From Gammaproteobacteria bacterium (GTDB taxonomy: Bacteria; Pseudomonadota; Gammaproteobacteria; Eutrophobiales; Eutrophobiaceae), in the NCBI GenBank assembly GCA_965221695.1, contig OZ244905.1, forward strand, positions 224,001-288,000: a stretch of DNA of 64,000 nucleotides, given 5' to 3'. Positions 1-10,523 of the stretch are shown here, piece after piece. A program made the position numbers and the translations under genes. Each line of letters starts with the position of its first letter. Within the stretch, counting starts at the first letter, position 1. The notes beneath the pieces are model-generated. The model was not told the DNA's origin. It made no database searches and saw only the letters and a program-made list of their open reading frames with translations.

Positions 1-690
1 GATGTACCGGCACCAGCGTCTCCCAAGCCGGCGCCGCAGGCAAGCGTTACAGAAGATATCCGACCCGGACTGATGGGCTGGCTGGAGCAAGGCAGAAGCG
101 TTTCGCTGTTGTTGTCCCTGATGCTGTTCAATTTTCTGCTGTACTGGTTTGCAACCCGCGGCTTTGAGCTTTCCCTGAACATCGTCAACTGGAGTTTCCT
201 GGCGCTGGGCCTGTTGCTGGCAAGGTCGGCGTCGCACTACTCATCGCTGTTTGCTGAGGGCGCGCGCATTGCCGCGCCGCTACTGCTCCAATACCCGCTG
301 TATGGGGGAATCATGGGGCTTGCCCTGGAAACCGGTCTGGCAGCACAGGTGACTGACCTGGTGATTAGCCTGTCAAACGCTCAATCCCTGCCTTTTACCG
401 GGTTTCTCTCTGCCGGGCTGATCAACATCTTTATCCCTTCCGGAGGTGGACAGTGGGCGGTGCAGGGTCCGATATTCATCCATGCCGCACAAGCCCTGGA
501 CGTCAAACTGAACCTGATCACGATGTCGATAGCCTGGGGCGACCAGTGGACCAATCTGGTACAGCCATTTTGCGCAATAATAATTCTGGCAATTACCGGC
601 CTGAAGTTGCGCCAGATCTATGGATATTGCTGCATCCTCTGCCTGGCGACCGCGTTGCCATTTGCACTGGGTCTGTGGCTGGCGCAGTAA
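1..690 (+). CDS. atoE: Short-chain fatty acid transporter, AtoE family (5'-truncated by window edge)
   Basis: Frame open from base 1; hydrophobic; family motifs PSGGGQWAVQGP and AWGDQWTNLVQPF. Confidence 0.8.
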   Translation, partial: DVPAPASPKPAPQASVTEDIRPGLMGWLEQGRSVSLLLSLMLFNFLLYWFATRGFELSLNIVNWSFLALGLLLARSASHYSSLFAEGARIAAPLLLQYPLYGGIMGLALETGLAAQVTDLVISLSNAQSLPFTGFLSAGLINIFIPSGGGQWAVQGPIFIHAAQALDVKLNLITMSIAWGDQWTNLVQPFCAIIILAITGLKLRQIYGYCCILCLATALPFALGLWLAQ

Positions 691-754
691 CTGATCGCGC
701 ATGTTAAGAAATCATAGATAACCAGCCGAAAATCAGCGTTATTCGGGCTAAGGC

Positions 755-2446
755 TTATTCATCCGGGTGGCTGGCTCCCCCTTCAAGATAACCAACACGA
801 AAATGTTGCATGTGCCGCACGGCCCGTTTACTGTGATAATCGCCGAATTCAGCAGTAGCATCCTTGCCTGCATACATACGCGCGACAAATGGGCCGCCCG
901 GATGATGAGCCTTCCATTCACTGATGTCGTAAACTGCGCCGTCAATAATGATCCAGCAGTCATCAAAAGTATTGTGTTGCGCCACTTCATTGAGAGAGAC
1001 CATCCGCTCGCCGTTGAGCGAGACTTCGGGTTGCCACAGGTTGGCGGCAATTTCCTGGCGTGTCTCCATAGCTGCCGTACGCGAACGGAAATCCCAGGGG
1101 CCAAGTTTTTTTAAGGGTAATTTATCGCCTATCTGACGGGCATCGAACAGGTAGATCCAGGAATCATCACCGCCGGCGCGTTCTTCGTGATTAAATATCG
1201 GGTAGTCGCGTTCGTCCAATGCTTTCAGTATCTGGCGGCGTTCCGGCGAGTCTTCGGGTTCAAGGTGCTTAAACAGGAATTTCGACATGAACTGGAACCG
1301 GGTTGCCCGATAATGTCTGACTCGTTCATAGTGCAGCAGCGCGCTGTAAACATCGTTACCGTGCAGCTTAAAGCAACTGCTTAGCGCGGCGCCATCTTCA
1401 AATGCCTGGCTGGCGCCCTGGCCCATGGTCGGCAGCATTGGGTGGGCCGCATCGCCGAGCAGGCAAATCCGTCCGTCCTGCCAGTGTTCGAATGCGTCAC
1501 GGTCATAGAGTCCCCATTTGGTCGGATTCTCCACTGCGCCCGCAAGTGCGATAATATCGTCTTTACGAATATCGCCTGCAAAGGCACGACTCATATTGTG
1601 TTGCAGCTCAGCGTTTTCGACAGGGAACCAGTCGCCTTCATCCGCTTCAAACTCGGCCGAGTCAGGTTCATAATACGCCAACCATACATTGAGCAATTCG
1701 CCGCCCCTGACCCAATACGTCAGCGCCCAGGCGTAGGGGTTCTTACGCACATCCATGCTGAACGAGGCAATGGGATTGTTATCCAGCGGGCTACCGTCAG
1801 CCTTGCACAACGCCGCCACATCTTCCCGCTTGATGAGGCCGCGATAAACGGTAACCTCCGTCCAACGCCGTTTGGGGGTATCCGGCCATTGTAGTTGTAG
1901 TACCTTGGAGTTAATACCGTCGGCGCCGACCAGCACATCACCTTCGGCTGTGCTGCCGTCCTCGAAGCCGGCAAACGTGGTCGTAGCGGTTTGTCCCAAT
2001 GAGTTGAGACGCTTGTCCATGTGTACCTGGATTGGACATTTCACAACGCGCTCGGGGCCGAATTCGAAAACGCGCTGATACAAACACATCAGCAGATCGA
2101 GACGGTGCATGTGATGGAAGCCCGCGCTGGCATCGTCCGCTTTGTTGTACCGGATAGGGCGGCGAGATACTGACCCGTCAGGCATAATTTCACGGGTTGC
2201 ATCAAGGATAGCCGCGCGCCCTCCATCCAGCGCCCCATGCTCTCCTTTAATATCACCGCCATCAAGATCAACGCCTAGCCAGTTGCACAGCAATGCCCCA
2301 TTCGGCGAGATGTTGAGGCCGGCGCCTGCTGTGCTTGGCGTTTTGGTTTGTTCGTAAACGTCTATCCGGTCAAACCTGTTCGATTCGCGCAACGCCAGGG
2401 CTGCAAACAGGCCACCCATTCCGGCTCCGACAATTATTGCATGCAT
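755..2446 (-). CDS. FAD-dependent monooxygenase (salicylate hydroxylase-like) fused to a C-terminal cytochrome b5 heme domain
   Basis: GAGMGG, VGADG and LLGDAAHPMLPTMGQG flavoprotein motifs; C-terminal EVAQHN..DCWIIIDGAVYD..HPGG..AGKDAT..F..YHS b5 signature; start placed at MHAIIVG. Confidence 0.85.
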   Translation of the reverse strand: MHAIIVGAGMGGLFAALALRESNRFDRIDVYEQTKTPSTAGAGLNISPNGALLCNWLGVDLDGGDIKGEHGALDGGRAAILDATREIMPDGSVSRRPIRYNKADDASAGFHHMHRLDLLMCLYQRVFEFGPERVVKCPIQVHMDKRLNSLGQTATTTFAGFEDGSTAEGDVLVGADGINSKVLQLQWPDTPKRRWTEVTVYRGLIKREDVAALCKADGSPLDNNPIASFSMDVRKNPYAWALTYWVRGGELLNVWLAYYEPDSAEFEADEGDWFPVENAELQHNMSRAFAGDIRKDDIIALAGAVENPTKWGLYDRDAFEHWQDGRICLLGDAAHPMLPTMGQGASQAFEDGAALSSCFKLHGNDVYSALLHYERVRHYRATRFQFMSKFLFKHLEPEDSPERRQILKALDERDYPIFNHEERAGGDDSWIYLFDARQIGDKLPLKKLGPWDFRSRTAAMETRQEIAANLWQPEVSLNGERMVSLNEVAQHNTFDDCWIIIDGAVYDISEWKAHHPGGPFVARMYAGKDATAEFGDYHSKRAVRHMQHFRVGYLEGGASHPDE

Positions 2447-2610
2447 AACATATCCCTCTTTGTTAGTTGGCAATATATCAACAGGTCTGTCTCGACTTTG
2501 GCGAACCATCCGTCAAAATCAGCAATGGCTTTGGCGGCTTCGGTTGATTTTTCTTCGCTGACACCGGCTTCTTTGAAGGCATCATATACTTCTTTTACAA
2601 TTGCGCTCAT
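2434..2610 (-). CDS. Small 58-aa protein (MSAIVKEVYDAFKEAGVSEEKSTEAAKAIADF...), possibly a truncated DUF1640-like relic
   Basis: Translated by hand (below ORF-track cutoff); N-terminal half is amphipathic and resembles a recurrent small-protein family; stop overlaps the monooxygenase start. Confidence 0.45.
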   Translation of the reverse strand: MSAIVKEVYDAFKEAGVSEEKSTEAAKAIADFDGWFAKVETDLLIYCQLTKRDMLCMQ

Positions 2611-2772
2611 GGGATATTACTTCTATTTTTTGCCTGCTTGCCATTTCATCAAAAATCACGCGATATAACAATATGGCAATACCCGATATTTACACGGGTA
2701 TGCGACAGGTTGACTGTGCGGCTTCATATGGCAGAATAAATGCTGCTGTGCGGCACTGACGTATGCTTACAC

Positions 2773-3816
2773 ATGTTAACTCTGAAAAATCCGGCCCGGC
2801 GCGCGTTGCTAAGGTCTGCATTGGCATATGGTCTTGTGGCGGCTGTTCCGCGTAGCTTGCGCGCCGCAACTAACAATAATCAACTTGTGAACCTGTACGC
2901 TGATAATAACCTGGCTGCTTATGGCTTTCCTGATGGTCACCCCTTGGGCATCGACCGCCAGGGCGCGTTCTTGCGCGAAGCGGATGAGCAGGGTCTGCTG
3001 GCGAAGGTGGTCAGGCGTCCGGCGCGTGAGGCGGCACGTGCAGAAATCGCCCGTTTTCATAGTGATGGTTATGTCGAACGGGTATTTACCGCGGAGGCGA
3101 ATGGTCTGCGGTTGCTTGATGATGGTGATACGCCGGTCTTCCCCGGTGTGTATCGTAAATCCGCGCATGTGGTGGGAGCCGCGTTGGATGGACTTGCCCG
3201 GGTGATGGACGGGCAGTGCTTGCGCACCCTGCAACCGATCGGTGGTCTGCACCACGCGGCACGACACCAGGCCGCCGGTTTTTGCGTCTTCAACGACTTA
3301 GGCGTGGTGATTGAAACCCTGCGCCAGGTATATGACATCCAACGGGTCGGTTATCTCGATATCGATGTGCACCATGGCGATGGGGTATTTTATGCGTTTG
3401 AAGACGACCCTGACCTGATCTTCGCGGATATTCACCAGGACAGCCGCACGCTTTATCCTGGCACGGGCCGGGAAGACGAAACTGGTAAAGGCAAGGCGGA
3501 AGGGACCAAGCTGAATATCGAACTGCCGCCTTTTTCCGGCGACGCGGCGTTCATGGAAGCCTGGACCAGGGTCGAAGCGCACTTTCGGGCTTTTCAACCG
3601 GAGTTCTTCGTCTTTCAGTGCGGCGCAGACGGTCTTAAAGGCGACCCCCTGGCGCAACTCAAATATTCACCGGCTGTGCATGCCCACGCGTCCGAACGCA
3701 TGGCGCGGCTTGCGGATGAGTATGCCGGCGGGCGCATTATGGCCTTCGGTGGCGGCGGTTATAACAGGACTAACCTGGCCCATGCCTGGGCTGCCGTGCT
3801 GGACCGCCTGATTTGA
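2773..3816 (+). CDS. Histone deacetylase/AcuC-family Zn deacetylase with twin-arginine-like leader
   Basis: GGLHHA, GFCVFND, DIDVHHGDG, QCGAD..GDPL and GGGGY motifs; N-terminal ARRALL...SLRA-A. Confidence 0.88.
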   Translation: MLTLKNPARRALLRSALAYGLVAAVPRSLRAATNNNQLVNLYADNNLAAYGFPDGHPLGIDRQGAFLREADEQGLLAKVVRRPAREAARAEIARFHSDGYVERVFTAEANGLRLLDDGDTPVFPGVYRKSAHVVGAALDGLARVMDGQCLRTLQPIGGLHHAARHQAAGFCVFNDLGVVIETLRQVYDIQRVGYLDIDVHHGDGVFYAFEDDPDLIFADIHQDSRTLYPGTGREDETGKGKAEGTKLNIELPPFSGDAAFMEAWTRVEAHFRAFQPEFFVFQCGADGLKGDPLAQLKYSPAVHAHASERMARLADEYAGGRIMAFGGGGYNRTNLAHAWAAVLDRLI

Positions 3817-3867
3817 CAGGCCTGCAGTAATTACATGCCGCCAGCGGCCTGAACATGAGGCGTTGCC

Positions 3868-4668
3868 TTGGATAAAAAAATAACCATATTGATCATCGCC
3901 GTTGCGTTGTTTTGCTCGGGCATGACCACCGCCCAGGAGCGGCTCCGGCTGGCCACGACGACCAGTACAGAAAACTCCGGTTTACTCAAGGTGTTACACC
4001 CTCTTTTTGAAGTCAGATATAATGTAAAGGTGGATGTCATCGCAGTAGGTACCGGCAAAGCGCTGAGGCTCGGAGAGAACGGCGATGTGGATGTGTTAAT
4101 GGTGCATGCGCCTGCCGCGGAGCAGGCGTTTATCGATAACGGCTTTGGCCGCGCTCGGTTGCCGGTAATGCATAATGATTTCGTGTTAATCGGGCCAAAT
4201 GACGATCCAGCCAATGTCAGGTCCTCGCCGGACATCAGCACAGCCATGCAGAATCTTGTCGATGGCCGCGCAGCGTTCATTTCCAGGGGCGATGGGTCCG
4301 GGACACACACAAAAGAGCTGTCTCTCTGGCAGGCGGCAGGACTCGATCCAGGCGGTGCATGGTACCTGTCCGTGGGGCAGGGGATGGGCGCGGTGATAAA
4401 AATTGCCGGCGACAAGCAAGCCTACACCTTGTCGGACCGGGGCACTTACCTGGCATTCAAGGACAAGGCCGGGCTGGTGATCGTCTATGAAGGTGATGCA
4501 GCGCTGTTCAATCCCTATCACGTCATACTACTGAACGAGGACAAACATCCACATATCAAGGCCGACCTGGCCCGACGTTATGCTGAGTTTGTTCGCAGCC
4601 CGGAAGGACAGCAGATCATCGCGGACTTCAAGATAGCCGGGGAGCAGTTGTTTTACCCGAATCAGTGA
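3868..4668 (+). CDS. tupA: Tungstate ABC transporter substrate-binding protein
   Basis: Signal peptide; LATTTSTENSGLL, GTGKAL, FISRGDGSGTH and YTLSDRGT signatures. Confidence 0.88.
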   Translation: MDKKITILIIAVALFCSGMTTAQERLRLATTTSTENSGLLKVLHPLFEVRYNVKVDVIAVGTGKALRLGENGDVDVLMVHAPAAEQAFIDNGFGRARLPVMHNDFVLIGPNDDPANVRSSPDISTAMQNLVDGRAAFISRGDGSGTHTKELSLWQAAGLDPGGAWYLSVGQGMGAVIKIAGDKQAYTLSDRGTYLAFKDKAGLVIVYEGDAALFNPYHVILLNEDKHPHIKADLARRYAEFVRSPEGQQIIADFKIAGEQLFYPNQ

Positions 4669-6464
4669 ACTTGCAGATTAACCGGGATGCTTAGCGTGAT
4701 CGGTGGGCCTTTGACGTCTTCAAAGCAACGGGAAAACTCGGCCAGCTTGTTTCTGTCGCCTGCCAGTTCTGTTCCCGCGGGTGGTGTGGCGGTCAAGCTT
4801 GAGAGGTCGGTGTTGCCGATGAACAGGTCGATGAGTTGTTGTCGGGTCATCAGGATTTTCTCGCTGACTCCGGCGGGCATTTCATCGTGGAACTCGGCGA
4901 TGCCGCGCCGTAGCTCCAGGGCATAGGCCTCGGCGGTGTCGGTGAGTTCTATTCCGACGAGTTGTTCTAGATCGATGCAATGTTCTGCCGCCAACCGGGT
5001 TGACAGGAGTTCGACCATACGGCTGCTGGACAGCGCATCGGCGATATCCGGGGAGCTTTTCATGATGCCGGCGCCGGTCGGCAATGTTCCTTCCAGTTCT
5101 TTTGCCGCGGTCAGCGCCCAGTTCCGCCAGGTGGACGTGATCTGTTGGTAGCCCCACTCCCGCAATGCGCGGGCTTTAAGCAGGCGCGCCGGTTTGTCTT
5201 CGGCATCAATACGCAGCAGGTAGGTCAGGATTTCGGCGGCCCAGGTATATTCCTTGTTTTCTATCGCATTGCCGGCTTCGGCCAGCACCGCATCCCTGCC
5301 ACCCATTGTTCTGACGTAATTTTGTGCGCGCGGCAATGGCGGCATCCGGTCCACCTCCCAGGGATCGCCCTGGTACCAACCGATATAACCGGAATAGAAC
5401 TGGCGCACGGAGTTTTTCACTGAGCCATAAAATTCACCCAACCACGGATGCTGAGCCAGGTGCTCTGGTAATGTGATCAGGGCCGCCAGGTCTTCCGGCA
5501 GGGCGCCCTTGTTGATCAGGCGGATGGACTGGTCGTGCACATATTGGATGGCGTCGCGATAATGCGTCAGCGTCGCCTGGATATTGTCATACCCGTATAC
5601 TGGCCTGCCATGTGACGGAACCATATATTCAGCCGGGAAAGTGCGCAATACATCCACTGCCTTGTACCACTTTACCGGGTCGCGGTATTTTGTGCCGCGC
5701 AGGGTATGCAGGTTCGGAAACGCCTCGCCTTGCAGTACTTCTGCGGTTTGCAATACCTGCAAGTCGGGGAACCAGACCACGATCTCATCGTTGGTCTCAC
5801 TGGGTACGTAGATGACATGCATGGTTATCCCTGCCACGGTCAGTTCCAGGCGCTCGTCAAACGTCAGGTTGGGTGGCAGAAACGTTGCCCTACCGGCGAA
5901 GATACGCGGCCCTATGCCCATGTTGACCCAACCCTCCGGTCCCCGCTCCAGGAACACGCCGGCAAAATAAGAGGAGCGCCGTTGCAGGATCGGGCCTACC
6001 ATGCCGCTCCAGTTGACGACGGCATCCATCAATGATGAGTGGGCGATCAGCTTGACCTTGCCTGAGGCAAGATCCTCTTTGTTCGCAAATGCCTTTACAC
6101 CGCCGACATGGTCGATATGGTTGTGGGAGTAAACGATGGCCTTGATCGGTTTGTCCGTGATCTTTCTGAACTCGGCGAGCACCTCCTGGCCGCGCTCGTA
6201 GTCTTCCATCACATCAATGATGATTACGCCGTCGTCACCGATAACCATGGCGCTGTTGGCCAGACCGTAACCATAGGCGAGATAGACATTATCCCTGACC
6301 CGATACACCTGTTTTTCCATGATCCCGGAATGTTCGGTCAGCCGTGGATGAATCTTGGGGGAGGGCTGGTCGTAGGCGATGTTCTCCGCCGGCGCGGGCA
6401 TGGAAATGCCGCTGAGAAACAGCCACAGCCACAAGCGGTGTCGTATCAGGCCAGCCATTTTCAT
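4662..6464 (-). CDS. Alkyl/aryl sulfatase, SdsA1/BDS1-like (MBL fold plus dimerisation and SCP2-like domains)
   Basis: Signal peptide; YSHNHIDHVGG, PSETND, PNLHTLRGTKYRD, PSHGRP and YSGYIGWY motifs. Confidence 0.88.
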   Translation of the reverse strand: MKMAGLIRHRLWLWLFLSGISMPAPAENIAYDQPSPKIHPRLTEHSGIMEKQVYRVRDNVYLAYGYGLANSAMVIGDDGVIIIDVMEDYERGQEVLAEFRKITDKPIKAIVYSHNHIDHVGGVKAFANKEDLASGKVKLIAHSSLMDAVVNWSGMVGPILQRRSSYFAGVFLERGPEGWVNMGIGPRIFAGRATFLPPNLTFDERLELTVAGITMHVIYVPSETNDEIVVWFPDLQVLQTAEVLQGEAFPNLHTLRGTKYRDPVKWYKAVDVLRTFPAEYMVPSHGRPVYGYDNIQATLTHYRDAIQYVHDQSIRLINKGALPEDLAALITLPEHLAQHPWLGEFYGSVKNSVRQFYSGYIGWYQGDPWEVDRMPPLPRAQNYVRTMGGRDAVLAEAGNAIENKEYTWAAEILTYLLRIDAEDKPARLLKARALREWGYQQITSTWRNWALTAAKELEGTLPTGAGIMKSSPDIADALSSSRMVELLSTRLAAEHCIDLEQLVGIELTDTAEAYALELRRGIAEFHDEMPAGVSEKILMTRQQLIDLFIGNTDLSSLTATPPAGTELAGDRNKLAEFSRCFEDVKGPPITLSIPVNLQVH

Positions 6465-8014
6465 TCCTGGAATGCGGGCAGGATTTCCGTTTTAGTGGCC
6501 CAGTCGGCGCCATAAATGCGACGAAACATTTCCGGTCTGATCACCGAACCTTTGGCTGTTCCGCCGCGCCACAAGTCATATTGCGCATCCGAGTATTGGT
6601 CATAGAAAGCGACCAGCTCCCGGTCCAGGGCGGCGACAGTTTCCGCATAGTCAGGATGGTCATACACATTCGTGGTTTGCCCCGGGTCGTTATCCATATC
6701 GTAGAGCGCCGGTTCGCCGGTATCTGCCAGGCGTTTCCAGTAAGCAAAACGCGCAGTGCGGATGCCGCGGGTTTCCTCCTGTTCGTAAAAAATCCTGTCA
6801 TCCCATGTTACCGAGGCGCCGTCCAGCAACGCGGTAAAACTCCGTCCCGGGCTGTTCGGGAAGTCGGCATCCTCAATGCCAAGATAATCCAGGATCGTGA
6901 TCGGGATGTCATACTGGCCGATCAATTCTGTACGCGCCTGACCCGCTTCAATTCTGTCAGGATGGCGCAGGATTAACGGGATATTCATCGCTGTTTCGTA
7001 CAGGTTCGACGGCGTCGTGACCACGGTATGTTCCCACAGACCATGCTGGCCGTAAAAATTGCCCTGGTCGGAGGAAAAAATCACCAGCGTATTGCGTTCC
7101 AGCCCCTTGCGTTTCAACGCTGCCAGCACTTTGCCGACGCCGTCATCCACCAGCGTGTTCTGCGATGCGACATTGGCCATCGTGGCCGGATCATTATGCA
7201 TCTCCAGCGCTTCCCGGAGTTTCTGAAACAGGAACGGTGGCAGGCCGTACTTGTCCGGGTCCAGGAGTTGGTCGGTCAGGTTGGCGTTGAATGCCACCCG
7301 CGGAAAAGACTTGAATTCCCGGCCTTCGTAGTCCGGGTAAAAACGATTGCGCGCCGGTCCGAGGTTGGTCGGCGGGTTGACATAGGGGCCGTCGTAATTC
7401 AGTTGCAGGTAGAACGGCTCCTCGCCCTCCAGGGCTTCGATGTAAGCAACCGCTTTTTCGGTGAAAAAATCGACGATATGGCGGTCTTTGACCTGGTAGG
7501 TCTGATCGTTGTCAATAACGGTGTTGTCCCAGAAATCAACGGTGTGGCCATCTTTGAACGTGACCCAATGCTGGTAGCCGATGGACGGTTTCCAGGGTTG
7601 TCCCAGGTGCCATTTGCCGATCAGGGCGGTGCGGTAACCGCGGTTTTTCAGCGTCAGCGGTAACGTGCGAAATTCCGCAACCGCAGACCAGTTTTCCGGC
7701 CATTCTTTCAGCATTGCGTCATCCAGCCAGTTGTGGATGCCGTGTTGCGACGGCATCAGACCCGTCATCAGCGTCGCCCGGGTCGGCGAGCACATGCCGT
7801 TGACCGCGTAGGCCCGGGTAAAACGGATGCCTTCCCGAGCCAGTTGATCGGTGTGCGGGGTGCGGATATCCGGATTGCCGTAGCTCCCCAGCAACGAGGC
7901 TGCCTGGTTGTCGGTCAGGATAAACAGCACATTGGGGCGTTGCGGCGGCGCCGCGCTCAATGCCGTCGTAAGACAGACGGTTATCCAGGCAACTGTTAGT
8001 GTAGGAATACGCAT
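6461..8014 (-). CDS. Formylglycine-dependent (Cys-type) sulfatase
   Basis: Signal peptide; RPNVLFILTD, CSPTRATLMTG, GKWHLG and FSSDQG motifs. Confidence 0.92.
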   Translation of the reverse strand: MRIPTLTVAWITVCLTTALSAAPPQRPNVLFILTDNQAASLLGSYGNPDIRTPHTDQLAREGIRFTRAYAVNGMCSPTRATLMTGLMPSQHGIHNWLDDAMLKEWPENWSAVAEFRTLPLTLKNRGYRTALIGKWHLGQPWKPSIGYQHWVTFKDGHTVDFWDNTVIDNDQTYQVKDRHIVDFFTEKAVAYIEALEGEEPFYLQLNYDGPYVNPPTNLGPARNRFYPDYEGREFKSFPRVAFNANLTDQLLDPDKYGLPPFLFQKLREALEMHNDPATMANVASQNTLVDDGVGKVLAALKRKGLERNTLVIFSSDQGNFYGQHGLWEHTVVTTPSNLYETAMNIPLILRHPDRIEAGQARTELIGQYDIPITILDYLGIEDADFPNSPGRSFTALLDGASVTWDDRIFYEQEETRGIRTARFAYWKRLADTGEPALYDMDNDPGQTTNVYDHPDYAETVAALDRELVAFYDQYSDAQYDLWRGGTAKGSVIRPEMFRRIYGADWATKTEILPAFQE

Positions 8015-8111
8015 TTCAGATGTGTGTCACCCCGATGTTGATTTTGGTGATACATGCTCTTGACATGGGCATCATTGACTTAAAAGCTGATTATAAATAT
8101 CGCCGCTGATT

Positions 8112-10364
8112 CTACATGGAAATGCGCGCCTGCACACCCACGCTGCGCGGCGGATCGATGAAACCAAAATAAGCGCCGCGGAATACCGGTAGGTCATTTA
8201 CCCAGGTGGTGGTCTTTTTGTCGGTGAGATTTTTGCCGACCAGGGCCACGCTCCAGCGATCATCGTCGCTGGCCAATTCGACCCTCGCATTCAGCTTGGC
8301 GAAACCGTCCTGCTTGGCCAATGGGTCAAGGTCCAGCGCGGTGTGATAGCTGCTGGTGAAATTCACATCGCCCTGCAATGTCAGGTAATAATTCCCCAGC
8401 GGCATACTGTACTCCATGTTCACGTTTCCGGCTGTCTCCGGCGAGAACTGCAAGTCTTTGCCGGAGAGGTCCTGGCTGCATTGTCCGGCCGGGCGGCCTG
8501 TGCTGGCCGCAAACGCGGTTTGCTGCGGGGCCGTGCAGACCGCACCCGGAAAGCTATCGTATTCCGCGTCAAGCCAGGCGAGGGCGCCGCCAAGGGTGAA
8601 GTTGTCCGTAATAAGCCACTGAAAATCGGCTTCCACACCCTGGGACGTGGCGGAGGCGGCATTTTCTACGATAAAGGCGAAGCCGTTCCAGGCCGCCACC
8701 TGCAGATCCTCATACTGGTTATTGAAATAGGCGATGTTCAGCTTGGCCGCGCCGCCGAGCAGAGTGAACTTGCCGCCGATTTCCCAGGCTTCCACCTCTT
8801 CCGGGTCGAACTGCGCGAGTTCCAGCGCGCCGCCAACGTTTTGCGCGTCAAAGCCGCCTGATTTGAACCCTTGCGAGTAGGTGGCATAAATCATCGCGTC
8901 ATCGGTCAGGTCAAACTGCAGTCCTACGGAAGGGGAGGTGTCTGTGTCATTTCTGTCGAGTTCGTAGGTATGGGGAATGCGCCCGATAATCCTGGCGAAA
9001 GGCTCTTGCCCCGGCGCCGGGGTTTGCGTACCGAGGGCGGCCACGCGCAATTCCTTGTCGACCTCTTTTTCATCGTCCGTATAGCGCACGCCGACAGAGA
9101 TGCGCACGCGGTCAATGGGACTCACTGTCGCTTCGGCAAAGGCCGCAAAACTCTCTGTTTCCTGCTCAAAAAAAGTAATGATGCTGGAATCCAGCGGGAA
9201 CAGCCTGACCCCCTCAGCGAGCAGCACCGACAGGTTGAAATTGAATGTTTCCTCGATGCTCAGGTCTTCAGTCTGGTAGTAGAGACCACCAAGGAATTCA
9301 AACCGGGCATCGGCGGAAGTGAAATGAACGCGTATCTCCTCCGAAAATTGATCATGCTTTTGCCTGTTGGATTGCTCCGCATAGTCCGGCACCGGGGCGA
9401 ACTCAGCCGGAATGTTATTGCTGAAGTCGTATTCCACGTAAGAAGTGACCGACGTTAACGTCAGGCTGTCGTTGACATCATATTCCAGGGTCAGCGTGAT
9501 ATTCCCGGCATCGGTGTTGTCAAAGTCATCTCCGGAGGTGGCGTTGTTATAATCGAGGTCGGTTTCAAATGCCGGGTCGGTTGCCGCATAAAGAGCCGCC
9601 AGCGGCCCTGCGGCCACCATTTGCGCATTCCTGCCGTCAACATCATAGGAGCTTATTTCCCCCTTCAAGGTGGCCGAGAGTTGATCGGTGGCATCCCAGA
9701 CAAACGTGCCTCGTACTACGTATTGTTCGCGGTCCGGCTCATCGCCGCCACCATAGGAATTGTCAATATAACCACTTTCTGACTTGTAGTTGGCGGCCAC
9801 GCGTCCGTACAGCGTATCGCCCAGCGGTCCGGACAGCACGCCGGTGATCCCCCATTGATCGGTTTCCGCGAAATACTCGCCTGCCAGGTAACCTTCCATT
9901 TCCGCGCTCGGTTTCCTGGTAGTGACGTTGATGGCGCCGGCGATGGTATTCTTGCCAAACAGGATGCCCTGTGGCCCTTTCAGGATTTCAACGCGTTCCA
10001 CATCGAAAAAAGGATTGCGCGCCGAGCGGCCGCGCCCGAAATATACCCCATCGATATAAGTCCCGACAGATTGTTCAAAGGCCTGGTTGGCTCCGGAACC
10101 TATGCCGCGGATGGTTACACTCTGCTGGGTCGCATTCTCATTAATCTGCAGGTTGGGCGTATACGCAGAGAGATCTTCCAGGCGTCCAATAGCCATACGG
10201 TCAAGTTTTTCCCCACTGGTGACGGATACTGATATGGGCACATCGTCCAGTGACTCCGCCCGCTTACGGGCGGTTACCGTAATTTCTTCGAGCACGGACT
10301 GAGCCGGCACGGCATTGCTCAATACAACGGATAGACCGACGAGGGTGATAATTCGGGTATTCAT
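8112..10364 (-). CDS. TonB-dependent receptor
   Basis: LEEITVTARKR TonB box, plug motif IEILKGPQG.LFGKNTIAG, beta-barrel C-terminus. Confidence 0.93.
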   Translation of the reverse strand: MNTRIITLVGLSVVLSNAVPAQSVLEEITVTARKRAESLDDVPISVSVTSGEKLDRMAIGRLEDLSAYTPNLQINENATQQSVTIRGIGSGANQAFEQSVGTYIDGVYFGRGRSARNPFFDVERVEILKGPQGILFGKNTIAGAINVTTRKPSAEMEGYLAGEYFAETDQWGITGVLSGPLGDTLYGRVAANYKSESGYIDNSYGGGDEPDREQYVVRGTFVWDATDQLSATLKGEISSYDVDGRNAQMVAAGPLAALYAATDPAFETDLDYNNATSGDDFDNTDAGNITLTLEYDVNDSLTLTSVTSYVEYDFSNNIPAEFAPVPDYAEQSNRQKHDQFSEEIRVHFTSADARFEFLGGLYYQTEDLSIEETFNFNLSVLLAEGVRLFPLDSSIITFFEQETESFAAFAEATVSPIDRVRISVGVRYTDDEKEVDKELRVAALGTQTPAPGQEPFARIIGRIPHTYELDRNDTDTSPSVGLQFDLTDDAMIYATYSQGFKSGGFDAQNVGGALELAQFDPEEVEAWEIGGKFTLLGGAAKLNIAYFNNQYEDLQVAAWNGFAFIVENAASATSQGVEADFQWLITDNFTLGGALAWLDAEYDSFPGAVCTAPQQTAFAASTGRPAGQCSQDLSGKDLQFSPETAGNVNMEYSMPLGNYYLTLQGDVNFTSSYHTALDLDPLAKQDGFAKLNARVELASDDDRWSVALVGKNLTDKKTTTWVNDLPVFRGAYFGFIDPPRSVGVQARISM

Positions 10365-10523
10365 TTGTCATGTCTCCTGCGGATGATATTCCAACTTATA
10401 ACGATATCGAATGAAACACGGATTATCTTGTCATATCACGCCATTTTATTAAAATACTATGCCATAATGTTCTTGCGGCGCGTCTTGTACGCCCCTGCTC
10501 AACGCCATACAGGGGCAGGCTGA

